A stretch of DNA of 64,000 bases from Microcaecilia unicolor (lineage: Eukaryota): assembly GCF_901765095.1 (NCBI RefSeq), contig NW_021963017.1, forward strand, positions 110,253 through 174,252, read 5' to 3'. The stretch's first letter is position 1. Each line of letters begins with the position of its first letter. Of the stretch, positions 24,201 to 37,559 are shown one piece after another. The notes under the pieces are model-generated. The model saw only the letters and a program-made list of their open reading frames with translations. It did not search any database and was not told where the DNA came from. Both the position numbers and the translations under genes were made by a program.

Positions 24201-26350
24201 GGGTCTCCTGAAGCATAAGAACATCCACTCTTAATTGCCTACTATAATGCAAAAATTTTTTACGTTTAATTGGAGAATGAATGCCACCTACATTAAAGTA
24301 AGCTAACCATAAACTACCCATTCCCCCACACCAGGGCCATACTAATATAATACCGTAAGGACACAAAGACCCTCCAGGGCGACATCCCAGCAGTGCCGCT
24401 CCACAAGGAAAGCCATTCATGTTTCACCTGCAAGCATAGCAACCGCACTACAGCAACAAGTCTCTCATTCTTCAGCCTCAGCCCCCTATTCTTCCCCTGG
24501 AACCCCAACTTCGACCTCCCTTCCCCCCTTCCCAACTCCCCAACCTCCCTCCCCTCCCCATACCCCCATCTCACTCACTCTCAATACATCAATTTTATAC
24601 CAGACATCCCTCCCCAACAGCCTCACATGCATATCCACATCCGCACCCCCACTCATCCCGGCACAGATCCCTATGAAGCGAAACAAAATCCACACACCCG
24701 TTTCCAAACTCCCCCTCCATCCCACCCCACCTTTCGCCCTGATTGAGGCCCTATCTCCCTCAATCATGCCCAAAAAAGAAGAGCACCTAACCCCCTCCCC
24801 TGCCTCCTCCCACTGTAACCAAGGCAAATAAACAGCATGAAGTAACAAACAATCTAACAATCCACCCCCCCCCCCCCAAGGGGTGCTAACCCCTACCCAA
24901 CAATCAATGAATTAACTGCAATCAGTGACAGTACTTATTATGTCTGGATCCAACTGTCATCTCTCTGACAAAAATAGGTTCATTCGCCTCGTGTCGGCAC
25001 GTTGCTGCCGTTCATTTGTGGCACAACATTTCCGGTCAGAAACCTTCTCTGCCGTTTCAAGGGGGGAGGGGAGGACACGCACCCTCCACAACCGACCAGT
25101 GTCCTGTCAATCCCATCCCCTTAGACCCCCATGTCGGGTCCAGGAACCATTCTATACTGGAGGTGAAGTATGCGCACCCCCTCATCTCGTGTGAATATCA
25201 ATGTGCTATGCAGTATATATTTTATTCTTTGCGAGATCCGCTTACTGACCAATTCTTAAACTAATCATCCAAGCTGGAAAAACATCACTTTGCTTCTTCC
25301 ACTCTATAATCATATTTTTTAGCTTGCAACAGTCTATTAGTTGGCTAATCAAATTAAGATAACACTCCATGTCCTCCTTAACCAGGCAATCCCCGCACCT
25401 CCTCGGCCCTTTCTGGTACATTCAGTAACTTCTTCAGAAAGGCTTGTAGATCCTCTGCCTTTGTTAGAGTGAAAGTATGGTTGTTATGGGTAATCCGTAC
25501 CCTTGCTGGGTATTGGAATGCAAATTTAATTCCTTTCTCAAACAGCTTAGTACAGTACGGTGCCAACACCTTCCTCTGCTCCATGACTGACAGAAAAATC
25601 CTGGAACAGCAATATCCGATTTCCCTTAAATTCCACATTGCGCTGTTTCTTATATTGCTCACGAATTTTTGCTTTTATAGCATAATTCAGGTACCTTGCA
25701 ATGATCAGCCTTGGCCTCCCGTTGGCTTTCCTTCGCAGCCCGATGCGATGGACCCGCTCCACCTGACCCATGCCCATCTCCGGCTCTAGGCCCAGTTGTC
25801 TGGGAAGCCAGCTTTCTGTCAGCTTTCAACTCCACATCAGGGACAGACTCAGGAACACCCACAATCCTGATGTTATTCCATCGGCCCCTGTTTTACTGAT
25901 CCTCCACTCGGTCTACCAACGTACGGATTTGCGTCTCCAGTTCTCTTATACGCCCTTCTGCTGCTACCATATGATCTTCCTGAGCAGAGATACGCTCTTC
26001 TGCATGCTGTATTCTGGCCACGTGGCTGGTGATACATTCCCCGATTTCATCCATGCCTGCGAGTAACTTGGCAAGCTTATCATCCAATAACTGCGACATA
26101 TGCTTTAGGGATACTTGCACCATGTCCTCGTGCGCCGGAGCTAGGTTTTGGCTCCGCAACGGTGGGGTTGGAGGTGCTGGCAACACCGGTGACGCAATCT
26201 TGCTTTTCACCGCGCTGCCTTTCTCCTTTTCAGAGCTTTCACTGGCATTCCGCTCCTACACACCCGTTAATAACACACCATTTGTTTTTGCACACATTCG
26301 GTTGGCTCACAGGGCTACTTAACATGATATCAAGGTGCCGTAATCGTCAT
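21250..26350 (-). mobile_element. L1-clade LINE, near full length. ORF1 26210-25378 (coiled coil ...RIRELETQIRTLVDRVEDQ; CTD ...RLIIARYLNYAIKAKIREQ...KGNRILLFQDFS; ...IKFAFQYPARVRITHNNHTFT), C-rich spacer 25370-24420, ORF2 endonuclease 24420-23063 (SPIKRKKFL..LMLQETHL; ...SDHSLIWVDISL), RT 22941-21654 (LDAEKAFDKI; FADD), then 3' region.
   Basis: Track ORFs 25893-26210, 25547-25777, 25378-25662, 23896-24420, 23063-23875, 22585-22941 and 21654-22610, all on the minus strand and collinear. Confidence 0.75.
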
Positions 26351-26849
26351 TATAAGAGAAAAGACGAGATGAGGTGAGCCGAGCTAACAGACGACCGCTC
26401 AGTCCTCTGGCATCACGTGACCCCCCAGGTTTTCAATTAATATTATGGTTATATAATATCATCATTATAGATAGTATTGTGACTACCTCAACTAACTTAA
26501 TCATAACATCTGACAAAGGTCTCATTTTCAATTTTAGGGTCAAATTTTCCATGTAATCTGTCCTGTTCTCATGATGGCACACTCACAGTTAGTCACGGTT
26601 ATTAACTGGTTCAATTTTTATACTATGAGCAATGTATTTATATTCTTTCACAACTCATTGCTTTCATATTTCAGTCATAACTTCACAATACTACTTCTCT
26701 GTCTGTTCAAGTCATCTTTCTTGACCATATTAATCAAAATTAATGGTCCTCTTAATGTGATTTCTTTAAATATCAAATGACTTAATAGTCCTTTTAAGAG
26801 ACATAAATTTTAGGATCACATTGGTAAAACTGCCTCCAGATATTCTTTT

Positions 26850-28620
26850 CTTACAGGAAACCCACCTAGATGATGAGCATTATCTTCAGAAGCGTAATAA
26901 GTATTATTTAGGAGTCATTTCTCCTGCATTAGGTTAAAAAAAGAAAAAAAGGGACAGATTTTTTTTTTATAAATCCTCTCTACCACTGGTAATTAAATCC
27001 CATAGTTCTAGCACTGAAGCAGATGGGTATACGTTAACACACTTATAGAATCAATGCCAATTATATTTTGTAACATATATGTGCCTAAAGCAGATCCTTT
27101 TTTCAAAACATTACATTAGCACAATTTTCTAACAATCCTATTATTCTAAGAGATGATTTTAATCTTATACTTAATTTTATGGAAATCCAGATGTCCAGCT
27201 CCTTCCTCCAAAAGCAGATAAACCTTAAATATTATTATTCAAGAAATGAATCTCTATGACATACAGAGGCTAATCCATCCTCCTGATTTAGATTTTACTT
27301 TTTACTCACCATCACACAAAAGTCCGCTCAAGCCTAGATTATTTTTTAATTTCTAATACTTTAGTCCCAAATGTCCTATTCTCTAATATTCTAACTACCG
27401 TATTACTTAACATGGAGCCATTCAATTAAAATTAGAAATTTTACCACCACAAAATAAGAATTTTCAATAGAGGTTCAATCCCACCCTTCTCAATGAAGAT
27501 GGCTTTCATGATACTGTTAAATTTGCTATCAAAGACTTCTGTCACCATAATAGAATAGAAAAAACATCTACCTCAACTTGGTGGGATGCTCTAAAAGCCT
27601 CCATTAGAAGGGCTATTATTAGTTTTTCCATTAACTGGCAACATCAACAAAAAGCTGAACAAAATAAGCTTGAAAGTGACATTTAAAATACTTAGAACAA
27701 CATCATGCTAAAATCTCTAATTATCACATATTCCAAACTTTATTTAAACTACACAATCAATATAATATGATTTTCAACAAACAAGCAAGCCAACACATAG
27801 CGACTATAGGTGCTTCTCTTTTTTATAAATCTTTTAAAATTAACGCAAGGAACTATAATTTAAAAGCTCAAACAGCCTAAGAAAAGGACATCGATTCATC
27901 TCTAAATGATGACCAATGGAACATATTTTGGCTTCAAGGTCCACATCCATCACTGTCATCTTCAGTAATGCAATCACTACATTTTCTTCAACATCACACT
28001 CTTTGGACTCCAGTAAAAATCAATGAAAAGTGGTTTATCCAAGGAAGACTTAAGCTGGTCTTGCAAACATGGGTCTTTCATCCACATTCTTTGAATGTAA
28101 TAATATTCAACCTTTCTGGGCTGAAGTATGGATTAAAATTCTAGATATATAAAAAATTTAAAGAATCATTGTCTGTTCAATATATTATTTAGAAAGTAGT
28201 TTCTTTAGCTCATCCTCTTACAGATGAAGAAGAATCCTTACTCAATTAATGATTTCAGTTGCACTAAAAATAATAAATCAAATCACTGGAAAGACAAAAA
28301 AACATTATCCATTTACATATGGTGGAATTGGTTATTGATGCATAGGAAATATGGAAGCATTATTGTTAAACTCTCTTCCAATTGTAAACATAACCAAAAT
28401 ATTGAAAAAGCCTCCCTGAAGTGCAGGCCTGGGTTGGAGTACGCCGAACTGGCCAAACATGGTTCTCTCCCCTGGAGAAACTTCTGGAAACAGGAGAACA
28501 CCGAGAACCCTTTGACCTCAACTCAGGAAGAAGGGGGCAAGCCTCCTCCATATTATTTACCAACTTCCCCAGGCCCTCCCCAAACAGTAAACACCCTCGA
28601 AAAGGTTGTTGACTGAGGAG
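26850..28620 (+). mobile_element. Old, AT-enriched L1 fragment (QETHLDDEHY endonuclease remnant; C-terminal remnant 28224-28616).
   Basis: Degenerate L1 endonuclease and C-terminal domain motifs in the + frames. Confidence 0.4.
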
Positions 28621-30589
28621 CTTCTTGAACACAGCATCTGCAACCCAATGACAGAGTCACAGCCTGTGACGGCCCACCACAGCCGAGCACACTGACTGAG
28701 AAACCAAGAAGGCCACTCCAGATTCCAGGTGGAATACCTCAGTGGACTTCAGTAGCTGCTGCAGCCAGCACAGCATGGCACGTACCACACAGCCGCCACA
28801 GATGACAACTTGTACATTGGAGGCTCTCACTGAGAAGGCCAAGTGCAACTGCTGCTCCACTCACTTATTGTGGAGCTCCTGGAGGGCTGAGCTGCCCTAA
28901 ACGGGAACACAGTAGCTTTGGTGACAGCAGTGATGAAGAGAATCAACCTTGGGGTATTGCCCAATACTTCTCCACTTGTTCAGGGGCAAAGAAGTAAAGG
29001 CAATCAAGTGTCCAGACCCCCTTATTCTGTGAGCATCATGTGAGTGAGCCTTTTGAAGCAGAAAATGCTTCTGGGGTCCTGAAATGCCCTCCAATACAGA
29101 ATATCCCTCAGTAGGGTCCGCAGTTGGAGATATGAACATCCCAAGTGTCTCTAACCTCATCAATAAGACGAGAGAGCTCCTCACGACAGAAGAGCCAGAC
29201 CACATGGGACTGCTCCTTCTCCTTCTGGATGGGAGAGTCCTCTAGTCTGAGAGGGACCGAGGGTCAGAGAAGACATCCAGGTCCTGTCCAGATGTCCTGG
29301 AGCATTCATGATTCAGCTATGTCCTTGTGGCATTTGGCCACTGAAAGGGGGCACCTGCTGGAGACATCCAGGCCCTTAGGGGCCCCACTAGTATCTGAGG
29401 GCCCATCTTCCTCCTGCAGGGCTTGTTTGACCATTTGGGTCAGGCTCTGTAGGCAAAAATCCCCCTTGTTCCATCAGACCCCACCCCCACCCCAGAAGGT
29501 GAACCTGGAGTGGATGGCAAGGAAATGCCCCCTCCCCCCACCCCACCCTAAGACTAAAGAAACAGCAGCAGAAGAGAAACAAGCTTGGGAAATATGGGCT
29601 CTGTTCCTGCTTAAGCCATCAGGACCGTGAATCCCAACACATCAGAGCAGGGAGAGGAGGAAGCAGCTCCCCCTCCCCCTCTTCTGATGTTGGAAACAGC
29701 CCATCACAAGAGGGACAAATAGAGCCGGCAGATGTACTAATCTGCTGGCTTTACAGGCATGCTTGACCATGTGGCTAGTGCTTGTGGGCCCCGCCGTTCA
29801 AGCCACCTGAAGCTCCAATGTCTCCGCAGACCTCACCTCTCCCACTTTCTCTCTTTTCCTCCTCCCCCCCCCCCCCCCCCCCCCCCAAGGCTACTAGTCT
29901 TTTTTTTTTTTTTTTTAACTTAAACAGCCTTATTCCCTTTACATAGGAATAAAGGTAATACAGGCAAAGCCTTTTTTTTTTTCCTTAAATGCTTGGAAGC
30001 TGCAGGGGACCCCAGGGGTATTACAGCCAAACAGGGTGAATGGGCAAGGACGGTGGGGAAATGGGGACCACACCTCTTGGGCATGATCGAGCAGACTGAG
30101 CCACAAGCCTCACTCAGTAGTCGCTAACAAGCACAACTAGGGGAAGCAGAGCTGTGCTCCTCACTTGACCAGTTCTGGCCCAGGCACTGGATAACCTGAG
30201 AGTGGTCATTAGGCTCAACCAAGCTGTGCTTCTGCAGCCAGTTGAAAAGTAAGTTAAGCCAGGGAGCAGGAAGGAGCACCAGACAGCAGAACCTATCATC
30301 TGCTGAGGTAGAAAAAATACCAGATCATTTCAGGGAGCAAGAGCTAATATTGGTGAGGTCACTGGTAAAACTCAGTTTTTTTCTCTACCTTCATCTGCTG
30401 GTAGGAGACCCACTTGTGCAGAACAGTGTAGCTAAATGCTAAGGAAAAACTAAATTAAAATAAATTACACAAGTAATGAAATGAAACAGCATTCTTAGAC
30501 CTGGATGATGTGCACAATAACTGAAAAACATTCACTGGATAACAAGCATATTATCCAAATATCTTATTTCAAGCATAGCATTATGTACT

Positions 30590-30830
30590 TATGTCTCATC
30601 CAGAGAACAGGTGCAGTCAGAGAAGTGTAGGTTGACAAAGATAGAGAGATTAGAAAGACAGAAAAAGAGATAGATTAGCTAGAAAAAGAGACAGATTAGA
30701 TTAGAAAGACAGATTAGAAAGACAGAAAAGAGACAGATTAGATATTAGATAGATTAGAAAGATAGAAAAGAGATTAGATTAGAAAAATAGAAAAGAGACA
30801 GATTAGAAAGATTAGACATAGATAGATTTG
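30590..30830. repeat. Minisatellite, ~24-bp units (agattagaaagacagaaaagagac variants), about 10 copies.
   Basis: Direct observation of the tandem periodicity. Confidence 0.75.
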
Positions 30831-30969
30831 TCTTTTTATTTTTTAAATTTAGTTCAGAAGTACTAAAAAAGGAAAATGATTTAAGGATCTCCATTTTAAA
30901 GGCATCTACAAATTAACTCTTTATTGATAAATCTACAATTCCTAACATATAAAACAACTAAATGCATAC

Positions 30970-31075
30970 CTGTAGCTGGTCTCTCTGCTTCATTCGTTGT
31001 TCTTCCAGTTTTATCTGTTCATCTAGGAACTCTTCAAATGTTTGCTTTGTTTCTTTAATACCAGATAGAATGGGC
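30970..31075 (-). CDS. CENPJ: CENPJ exon (phase 2 in, phase 0 out): PILSGIKETKQTFEEFLDEQIKLEEQRMKQRDQLQ.
   Basis: Acceptor ttgaattccaaaag|GCCC and donor CTACAG|gtatgcatt. Matches human [36 protein letters not shown]. Confidence 0.65.
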
Positions 31076-31544
31076 CTTTTGGAATTCAAAACAGTCCATA
31101 ATGAGTCATATTGTAATATACCAGGGCAAATAAATTCCTCAAAAATATTTTTTCAGCTATTTTCATTCTACGCATATATTCAGAACATCACAAAATCTAA
31201 CAGCTGCATCTCTCAAACAGAGCCCTACATACTAACCTACAAAAATGTTCAAGGATTTGTACCCATTTCCACAAAATGTAGTTAATAGATGCAAATGAGC
31301 TTTTGGCTCATTTACATTGTTAGCTAAACCTGGAAAGGAATTTCTCACATATTGCCAGCCAGGAACTTAGCAGCCAGTGAAAATTAAAGGGTCCTTGGAC
31401 CCTCTCCCCCAGAGGAAGGGGGGATGCATCAACTTAGTGTTGACCTAGTAGGGTTGATACATCTCCTCCCCCAGCCTGGGGTGATACAAAATTCTACTCC
31501 CCAAAGCCCTGCACTTTAAAAATGTACTCTAGAGGTTGGCTTAC

Positions 31545-31610
31545 CTAATCCCCGCACACCAACTCGTCTCCAATGAGCCCACAGGAGGTGGGGGGAGTCT
31601 CTGAATATGG
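31545..31610 (-). CDS. CENPJ: Candidate 66-nt CENPJ micro-exon (phase 2 in, phase 2 out): (S)HIQRLPPPPVGSLETSWCAGI(R). Weak acceptor (caattaag|C) and a strong donor (GGGATTAG|gtaagcc).
   Basis: It is the only open frame near a strong GTAAGC donor that links the phases of the 35766-35625 and 31075-30970 exons. The junction gives ...AGI-R-PILSG, similar to human ...[11 protein letters not shown]. The polypyrimidine tract is poor. Confidence 0.3.
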   Translation of the reverse strand, partial: PYSETPPTSCGLIGDELVCGD

Positions 31611-32302
31611 CTTAATTGGTGTTTGATTACATGGTTCATAATTCATACTCCTGGCTAGATTACATGAACAGCCAGATCTGGCTCTCATAACTTCATGTGA
31701 AATTGATCAGATAACCTGGTCAAATTGGGCCCCAGTACATTTAAAGGTTGGTTAAGGTCCTCCAAACTTCACACAAGAAAGCTAGCTCTTGGAGACTAAA
31801 AAGATGCAATTCTACATATATATTCAAAATCAAATCAGGAAATATATGGAAAGCAATGACACACCAGAGATAAATCTGCACTCTTTGTGAGGTGCCAATC
31901 AGGATATATATCATCTCATGCTACAATAAAAAGGGACAGGAATAAGGCTTCAATAGTATTAAGGCAGGAACCAAGGGTTTGAGAACACTGTCAAACAAAA
32001 ACAGTTGGATGAGAATACAAGGGCCCTTCTAGAAGTTCTGAGAAAAATAAATGCTATAGTGGAAGCATTTCATAGCAGTCCATATTAGTATCAAATAAGG
32101 AATACTGTAGAAAGTGAACAACAGTGGTGTGTTTCCAGGCATTCGGGAGGGGGGGGGAGAAGGCAAACTTTATCACAACAAATGAGACAGAGGATGCAGT
32201 AAACAACTATAATTCAAATGAAAGGGAAGGAAGAGTCACATGATTCCTACAGTGATTAAAAAATAAAATCCTAAATGGGCTGTGAACTATAAACTATTGG
32301 GG

Positions 32303-34140
32303 CTATAGAGAATCCGAGGCCTTTTCTTCTCTAAAAATGAGAGGTGGTAGCCGTGTTAGTCCACTCTTAAGGTTATCAACAGAAATCAAACAAAATAAAA
32401 CATGGAAAAGAAAATAAGATGATACCTTTTTTATTAGACATAACTTAATACAGTTCTTGATTAGCTTTCGAAGGTTGCCCTTCTTCGTCAGATCAGAAAT
32501 AAGCAAATGTGGTAGCAGATAGTACATATAAGTGAAACATCCAAGCATTACTTTGACAGTCTGGGAGGGTGGGGGTGGGTAGGAGGTATGCATGGGGACA
32601 TCAAAGCATTTCATTGATATTTTAACAGGATGGGCGTGGGTAGGTGAGAGGAGGGTGATAAACAGAGAAATACAATTATATGGTTTATAATGGGCTAGAA
32701 AACCCAGATCTTTGTTAAGTCCTGTCTGTTGGGTGTCAAAATATTCAATCATTCTGACTTCAAAAGTCTTACGTTCCTGTATTGTTTTAAAGTTACCTTT
32801 CAGGATTCTAACTATTAAATCACTGGTGCAGTGTCCTGGTCTTGTAAAATGCTGGCCCACCGGGGTGGGAACCTGACTGGCACCGGCTATCTTCATGTGA
32901 TGTTTGTGCAGACTGAATCTTGTCTTATGCATCTGGCCTGTTTCTCCAATATAGCATCCTTCATTACATTTTTTACACTGAATGATATATACCACATTGG
33001 AAGATGAGCATGTGAAAGATTCCTTTATGTTGAATATTTTTTCTTTGTGAATGACAGTGGGGTCCTGTGAAATGTTTTGGCATAGCTTGCAGCTGGATGT
33101 ATTACAGGGAAATGTGCCCTTCTTTTCCTTTTCAGTCTGTGTTGGGAGTTTACTTCTGATTAGCTTGTGTTTTAAGTTGGGTGGCTGTCGGAAGGCAAGC
33201 ACTGGTGGGGATGGGAATATCTCTTTCAGTAATTCATCTTCCTGGAGTAGAGGCTGTAGGTCTCTTATGATTTTCCTCAGTTTCTCCAGCTCTGGGTTGT
33301 ATGTCACTTCAAGGGGGATTTTGTCTGTGGCTTTTTTTTTTCTTTGTACTGTAGCAGACTTTCCCTGGGTGTTTTGAGGGAGGAGGCAATATTCTTGGAG
33401 ATTACTTTTGGGGTTGTAGCCTGTTTGAAGGATGCAGTCAGGGTTTCAAGGTGTCTGTCTCTATCCCCTGGGTCCGAGCAGATACGGTGGTATCTTGTGG
33501 CTTGGCTGTAAATAATGGCTCTTTTTGTATGTGAAGGATGGAAGCTGGAGTTGTGGAGGTAGCTGCATCTGTCTGTGGGTTTCTTGTATATAGATGTTTG
33601 TATACATCCATCACTGATTGAGACTGTGGTGTCCAAAAAATTGACTTTTTCTGGGAAGTAGTCAATTTTGAATCTGATTGTTGGATGGTATGTATTGAAG
33701 GAATAGTAAAATTGTTTCAGAGTTTCTTCCCCTTCCGTCCAAATCATAAAAATGTCATCGATGTACCAGTAGTGTTTTAGAGGTTTGGTCTGGCATGTAT
33801 TCAGAAATGTCTCTTCCAGCTCAGCCATAAAAAGGTTGGCATATTGGGGTGCTGTCCTGGTGCCCATCATTTGTAGATAGATATCATTCTTAAAGCGGAA
33901 GTAGTTGTGAGTTAAAATGAATTTGATTAATTTTGTAATAGTTTCTGGTGAGTATTGATGGTCCAGTGTGGATGTTTTTAGGAGTCTCCCACATGCAGCT
34001 ATGCCATCCGCATGTGGAATGTTGCTGTATAGTGATTCTACATCCATATTGATAACCTTCTCTAAAAAGAAATTCCCATAAGCGTTATATTTATTTGTTA
34101 CATTTGTATCCCACATTTTCCCACCTATTTGCAGGCTCAA
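32303..34140 (-). mobile_element. Penelope-like element, 5'-truncated. RT (33304-34140: MGTRTAPQYANLFM motif B, YIDDIF motif C) followed by a C-terminal GIY-YIG endonuclease (32303-33307: C-x-C zinc module, then NVVYIIQCKKCNEGCYIGETGQMHKTRFSLHKHH).
   Basis: Two long open frames of 278 and 334 aa (one frameshift apart) with PLE-specific RT and GIY-YIG signatures. Confidence 0.75.
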
Positions 34141-34199
34141 TGTAGCTTACATAGTACCGGAGAGGCGCTTGCTGACACCAGTGTGAACAAATACAAAGT

Positions 34200-35170
34200 G
34201 ATGTTTTGGTAGGTAAAGTTCTTGTGGCACAGCCACATTAGGGAATCGTACAGCGGGAGAGTTGTGTTTTGTCCATTACGTACTTTAGTTTTGTTGTGTT
34301 GCAGAGATCAGACATTTAAGTTGGATCATTAGGATATGACTTTTTAAACAGGTTTGTTTTTAGTGTTTTCTGGAAGTTCAGGTGGTCGTAAGTCGTTTTC
34401 AAGGCTTTTGATAATGTGTGGAAGCCAGTGCGTTTTTTCTCGGAGGGGTCTGGCACTTTCAAATCGCGATTTACCAAATATCAGCCTAGCTGCTGTGTTT
34501 TGAGCGGTCTGGAGTTTCTTTATAAGTTGTTCTTTGCATCCCGCATAGATTCCGTTGCAGTAGTCTGCATGGCTTAGTACCATTGATTGTACAAGGTTGC
34601 GAAATATTTCCCTCGGCAAGAAAGGTTTTACGCGTTTGAGTTTCCACATTGAGTGGAACATTCTTTAGTGTAGAGTTCATTTGGCTCTCGAATGTGAGGC
34701 TGCGGTCGGTTGTAACGCCAAGTATTTTCAGACTGTCTGATATAGGGAGGGTGTGGTCTGGGGTGATTAAGGTTGTGGGTTTGTACGTATTGTGCTGAGA
34801 TGAGAGGATGAGAGAGTGTGTTTTTTCAGTGTTCAGTTTCAGTTGAAAAGAATTTGCCCATGAGTCCATGGTGTTCAAACAGAGTTTGACTTCACTGGTG
34901 ATTTCTGTTAGGTCATGTCTGAAGGGAATGTATATTGTGACATCGTCTGCATAGATGAACGGGTTGAGGCCTTGCTTTGATAAGGACTTGGCCAGTGGGA
35001 TCATCATTATGTTGAAAAGTGTTGGTGATAGTGGTGATCCTTGAAGTACTCCACAGTCTGCTTTCCAGGGAGGTGATATGTTTAATTTTGATTTTACTTG
35101 GTATGTTCTGGTGGTAAGAAAACACTTGATCCAGCTAAGTATATTTCCACCAATCCCGAAGTAGTCTAAG
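34200..35170 (-). mobile_element. L2-clade LINE fragment: RT (34486-35125, FIYADDVTIY) and C-terminal AARLIFGKSR...THWLPH block (34344-34661).
   Basis: Track ORFs 34913-35125, 34486-35007 and 34344-34661 on the minus strand. Confidence 0.6.
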
Positions 35171-35182
35171 AGTCTTAGTAGT

Positions 35183-35560
35183 ATGTATACGCTGGAAGAG
35201 AGGCGGGAGAAACGGGATATGATAAAGACATTTAAATACCTCAGTGGTGTTATTGTACAGGAGATGAGCCTTTTCCAAATGAAGGAAAACTCTGCAACGA
35301 GAGGGCATGAAATACTATTTCACACAAAAGGTGGTGGATGCATGGAATGGCCTCCAGGTGGAGGTTGTGGAGACAAGGACTGTGTCAGAATTTAAGAAAG
35401 TGTGAGACAGGCACGTGGGATCCATTATGAAAAGAAAGAGCTAGTAGTTACTGATGAAGGGCAGACCGGATGGGCCATTTGGCCCTTATCTGCCGTCATG
35501 ATTCTGTGTGTTAAAATGAAACCTGTGCTAACATTAATAACTCACCACCTATTAACACAG
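35183..35560 (+). mobile_element. CR1 3'-end fragment (MYTLEERREKRDMIKTFKYL... + 3'UTR).
   Basis: Typical CR1 ORF2 C-terminus (LEERR.RGDMI..FK). The 3'UTR resembles 3560-3650. Confidence 0.5.
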
Positions 35561-35624
35561 AGAAAACAGGAAAAATGCATTGTAAACACACGAACACACA
35601 CAAAATATTAAATCATCCATTTAC

Positions 35625-35766
35625 CTTTCTTCAGTGTGAGCTGTTTCTGAATATATTTTTCCATTAGTGCTTGGAAACAAATCATCATTCTCAGCATGCA
35701 GATCAGAATTAGTGTGTTCTCCAAGTGATTGATCTGGATTTGGCTCATCACAAATGGAGTTTTCAC
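35625..35766 (-). CDS. CENPJ: CENPJ exon (phase 1 in, phase 2 out): (G)ENSICDEPNPDQSLGEHTNSDLHAENDDLFPSTNGKIYSETAHTEE.
   Basis: Acceptor cattattttgtag|GTGAAAAC and donor GAAGAAAG|gtaaatgg. Phase fits the preceding exon. Acidic, disordered composition like the corresponding human segment. Not in the ORF track (no Met). Confidence 0.6.
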
Positions 35767-37559
35767 CTACAAAATAATGAAAAGTTGTCACCTTCAAGTT
35801 TAAATAGTGACTGAAAACAGTTTTTTTTTTAATATCAGAGCTCCTTCTTAAGCAGTGGATATAGCTTAGATCTTAAAGCTGAAATCCAGTTTCCCATTTC
35901 CGCACACAATTTTCCTGATGGTCTAGATCAAGGAGAAGGTTCTAAAAGATTCATGGATCCGGATCTACTATCAGATCTTCCTTGGGCTTTTTTTCCAGCT
36001 TGCTCTTACAAGATCTCCATTTACCCAGAAGTCACAACTTAAACACAGAGACATAGCCACAGTTGTCAGCCTACGGGTCTGGCACATCACACACCACTGG
36101 CCTCCCTCAGAAGAGGAGATGTCTGGAGAAGAGGGAAGGAGATTGGTTAAAATTTTGAAAAGCTGCAGGTGGTCAGGATTTAAATGTTGGTGAGGGAATC
36201 AAACAGCTTTGTTCTCTTGGGAATTGGGCGAGTTCTCCAAGACCATAAAGGTAACTAGCCCTAGATAAGCCCAATCACCACTTTAAGACCACAATCCTCC
36301 CAGCAGTTGGTCCCTCAAGGGGAAAGGGAGAACCAGCCCATAAGGACAGTCACCTGGAAGCTTCCTAAGAGTTGGTCTCCAAGCCTCTAGGAAAGTAAAC
36401 GAGGCTTCAATCACCAATATCATACTCTAAAACTGTACCAGTTCAGACATCTGCACCATCTGCCCGAGATGAAAAAAATGGCCTAATTTCCTCCCGCATC
36501 AACCTCTATAAGGAAGCAGAGTCAAAGACCTCTTTCTCTGTTTGTTTCTGTTGGTAGGAGGACATAAACCCATTCATGTGTACTAGTCTTAAAAAGATGA
36601 AAAGGAAACTTAATTTTAACAATTACAGTATTATGAGAACTTCTGTTTTGACTTTTTAGAATCTTAAGCTCTGGACACAGCATGTAGTGAAGTAGATAAT
36701 CTGTGATTTATTAGCTAAGAACTGTCACATTGGGTCAGGCCAAAGGTATCTAGCCAGGTGTCCTGCTTTTTTGTTTTTAATATCTTTATTAAGTCAGAAG
36801 CAAAAAAACTGACAATCATAAAAGGTAAATCATAACAACACATTGCAACCTATACAAAAGGATTTTGTTTACAAATAGTTGCTTAGCCTCTTTATAAAAA
36901 CACACTATTCAGAAAAAAACAAAACATAAGAGATTTGCCAGACTCAAGTTTTAACTGAAAAAACTCCCCACCCCCCTCCTCCACTGTCCAACCATCACGT
37001 ATTTAAGGGGCAGCCCCTACTCATTTTTATCTGTCAGAATTGGGATCACCCCCCTTCTACCTTCACCCAAGGGACTAGGATGGTCATCAAGGGGTAGCAT
37101 CTTCAGATGGATGCTCTACCTACCATAAGCAAAGAAGAGACTCTGTTCCATAGGTCACGATACTGGCGTTGCCCCAGTGAGGTAGAGTACCTAAGGGAGG
37201 TAAGTAACCAACTGGCCATTTCACGCATAAGGCCATACCAAACAACTACTGAGGGGGGGTGCTGTCTAAACAAGCCTGCAGAATGCATTTTTTAACAAGT
37301 AAGGTGGCTACTAGAATAAACTTACACTGTGCCTCTCCCAGCCCCTGAGGGGACCCGCGCATCCCAACGGTATTGCCGAATATGACCACTCGGGCGTGCA
37401 TAGCAAGGTATTCTCAATAGACCCCCAAAGCTCATGACCAAAGCAGTATCAAACTACCGCATTCCATAAAAGAGTATAGAAAAGTGCCCACATGAGCCTT
37501 GCATTTGACACAAAAATCATCTGCCCATAGCCCCATGACTCTCCCTTTTTGATTGGTAA

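Noticed and set aside
28224-28616. 130-aa plus-strand ORF as a gene.
   Set aside because: The AT-rich, degenerate sequence is collinear with an old L1 C-terminal domain. It has no splice-site context.
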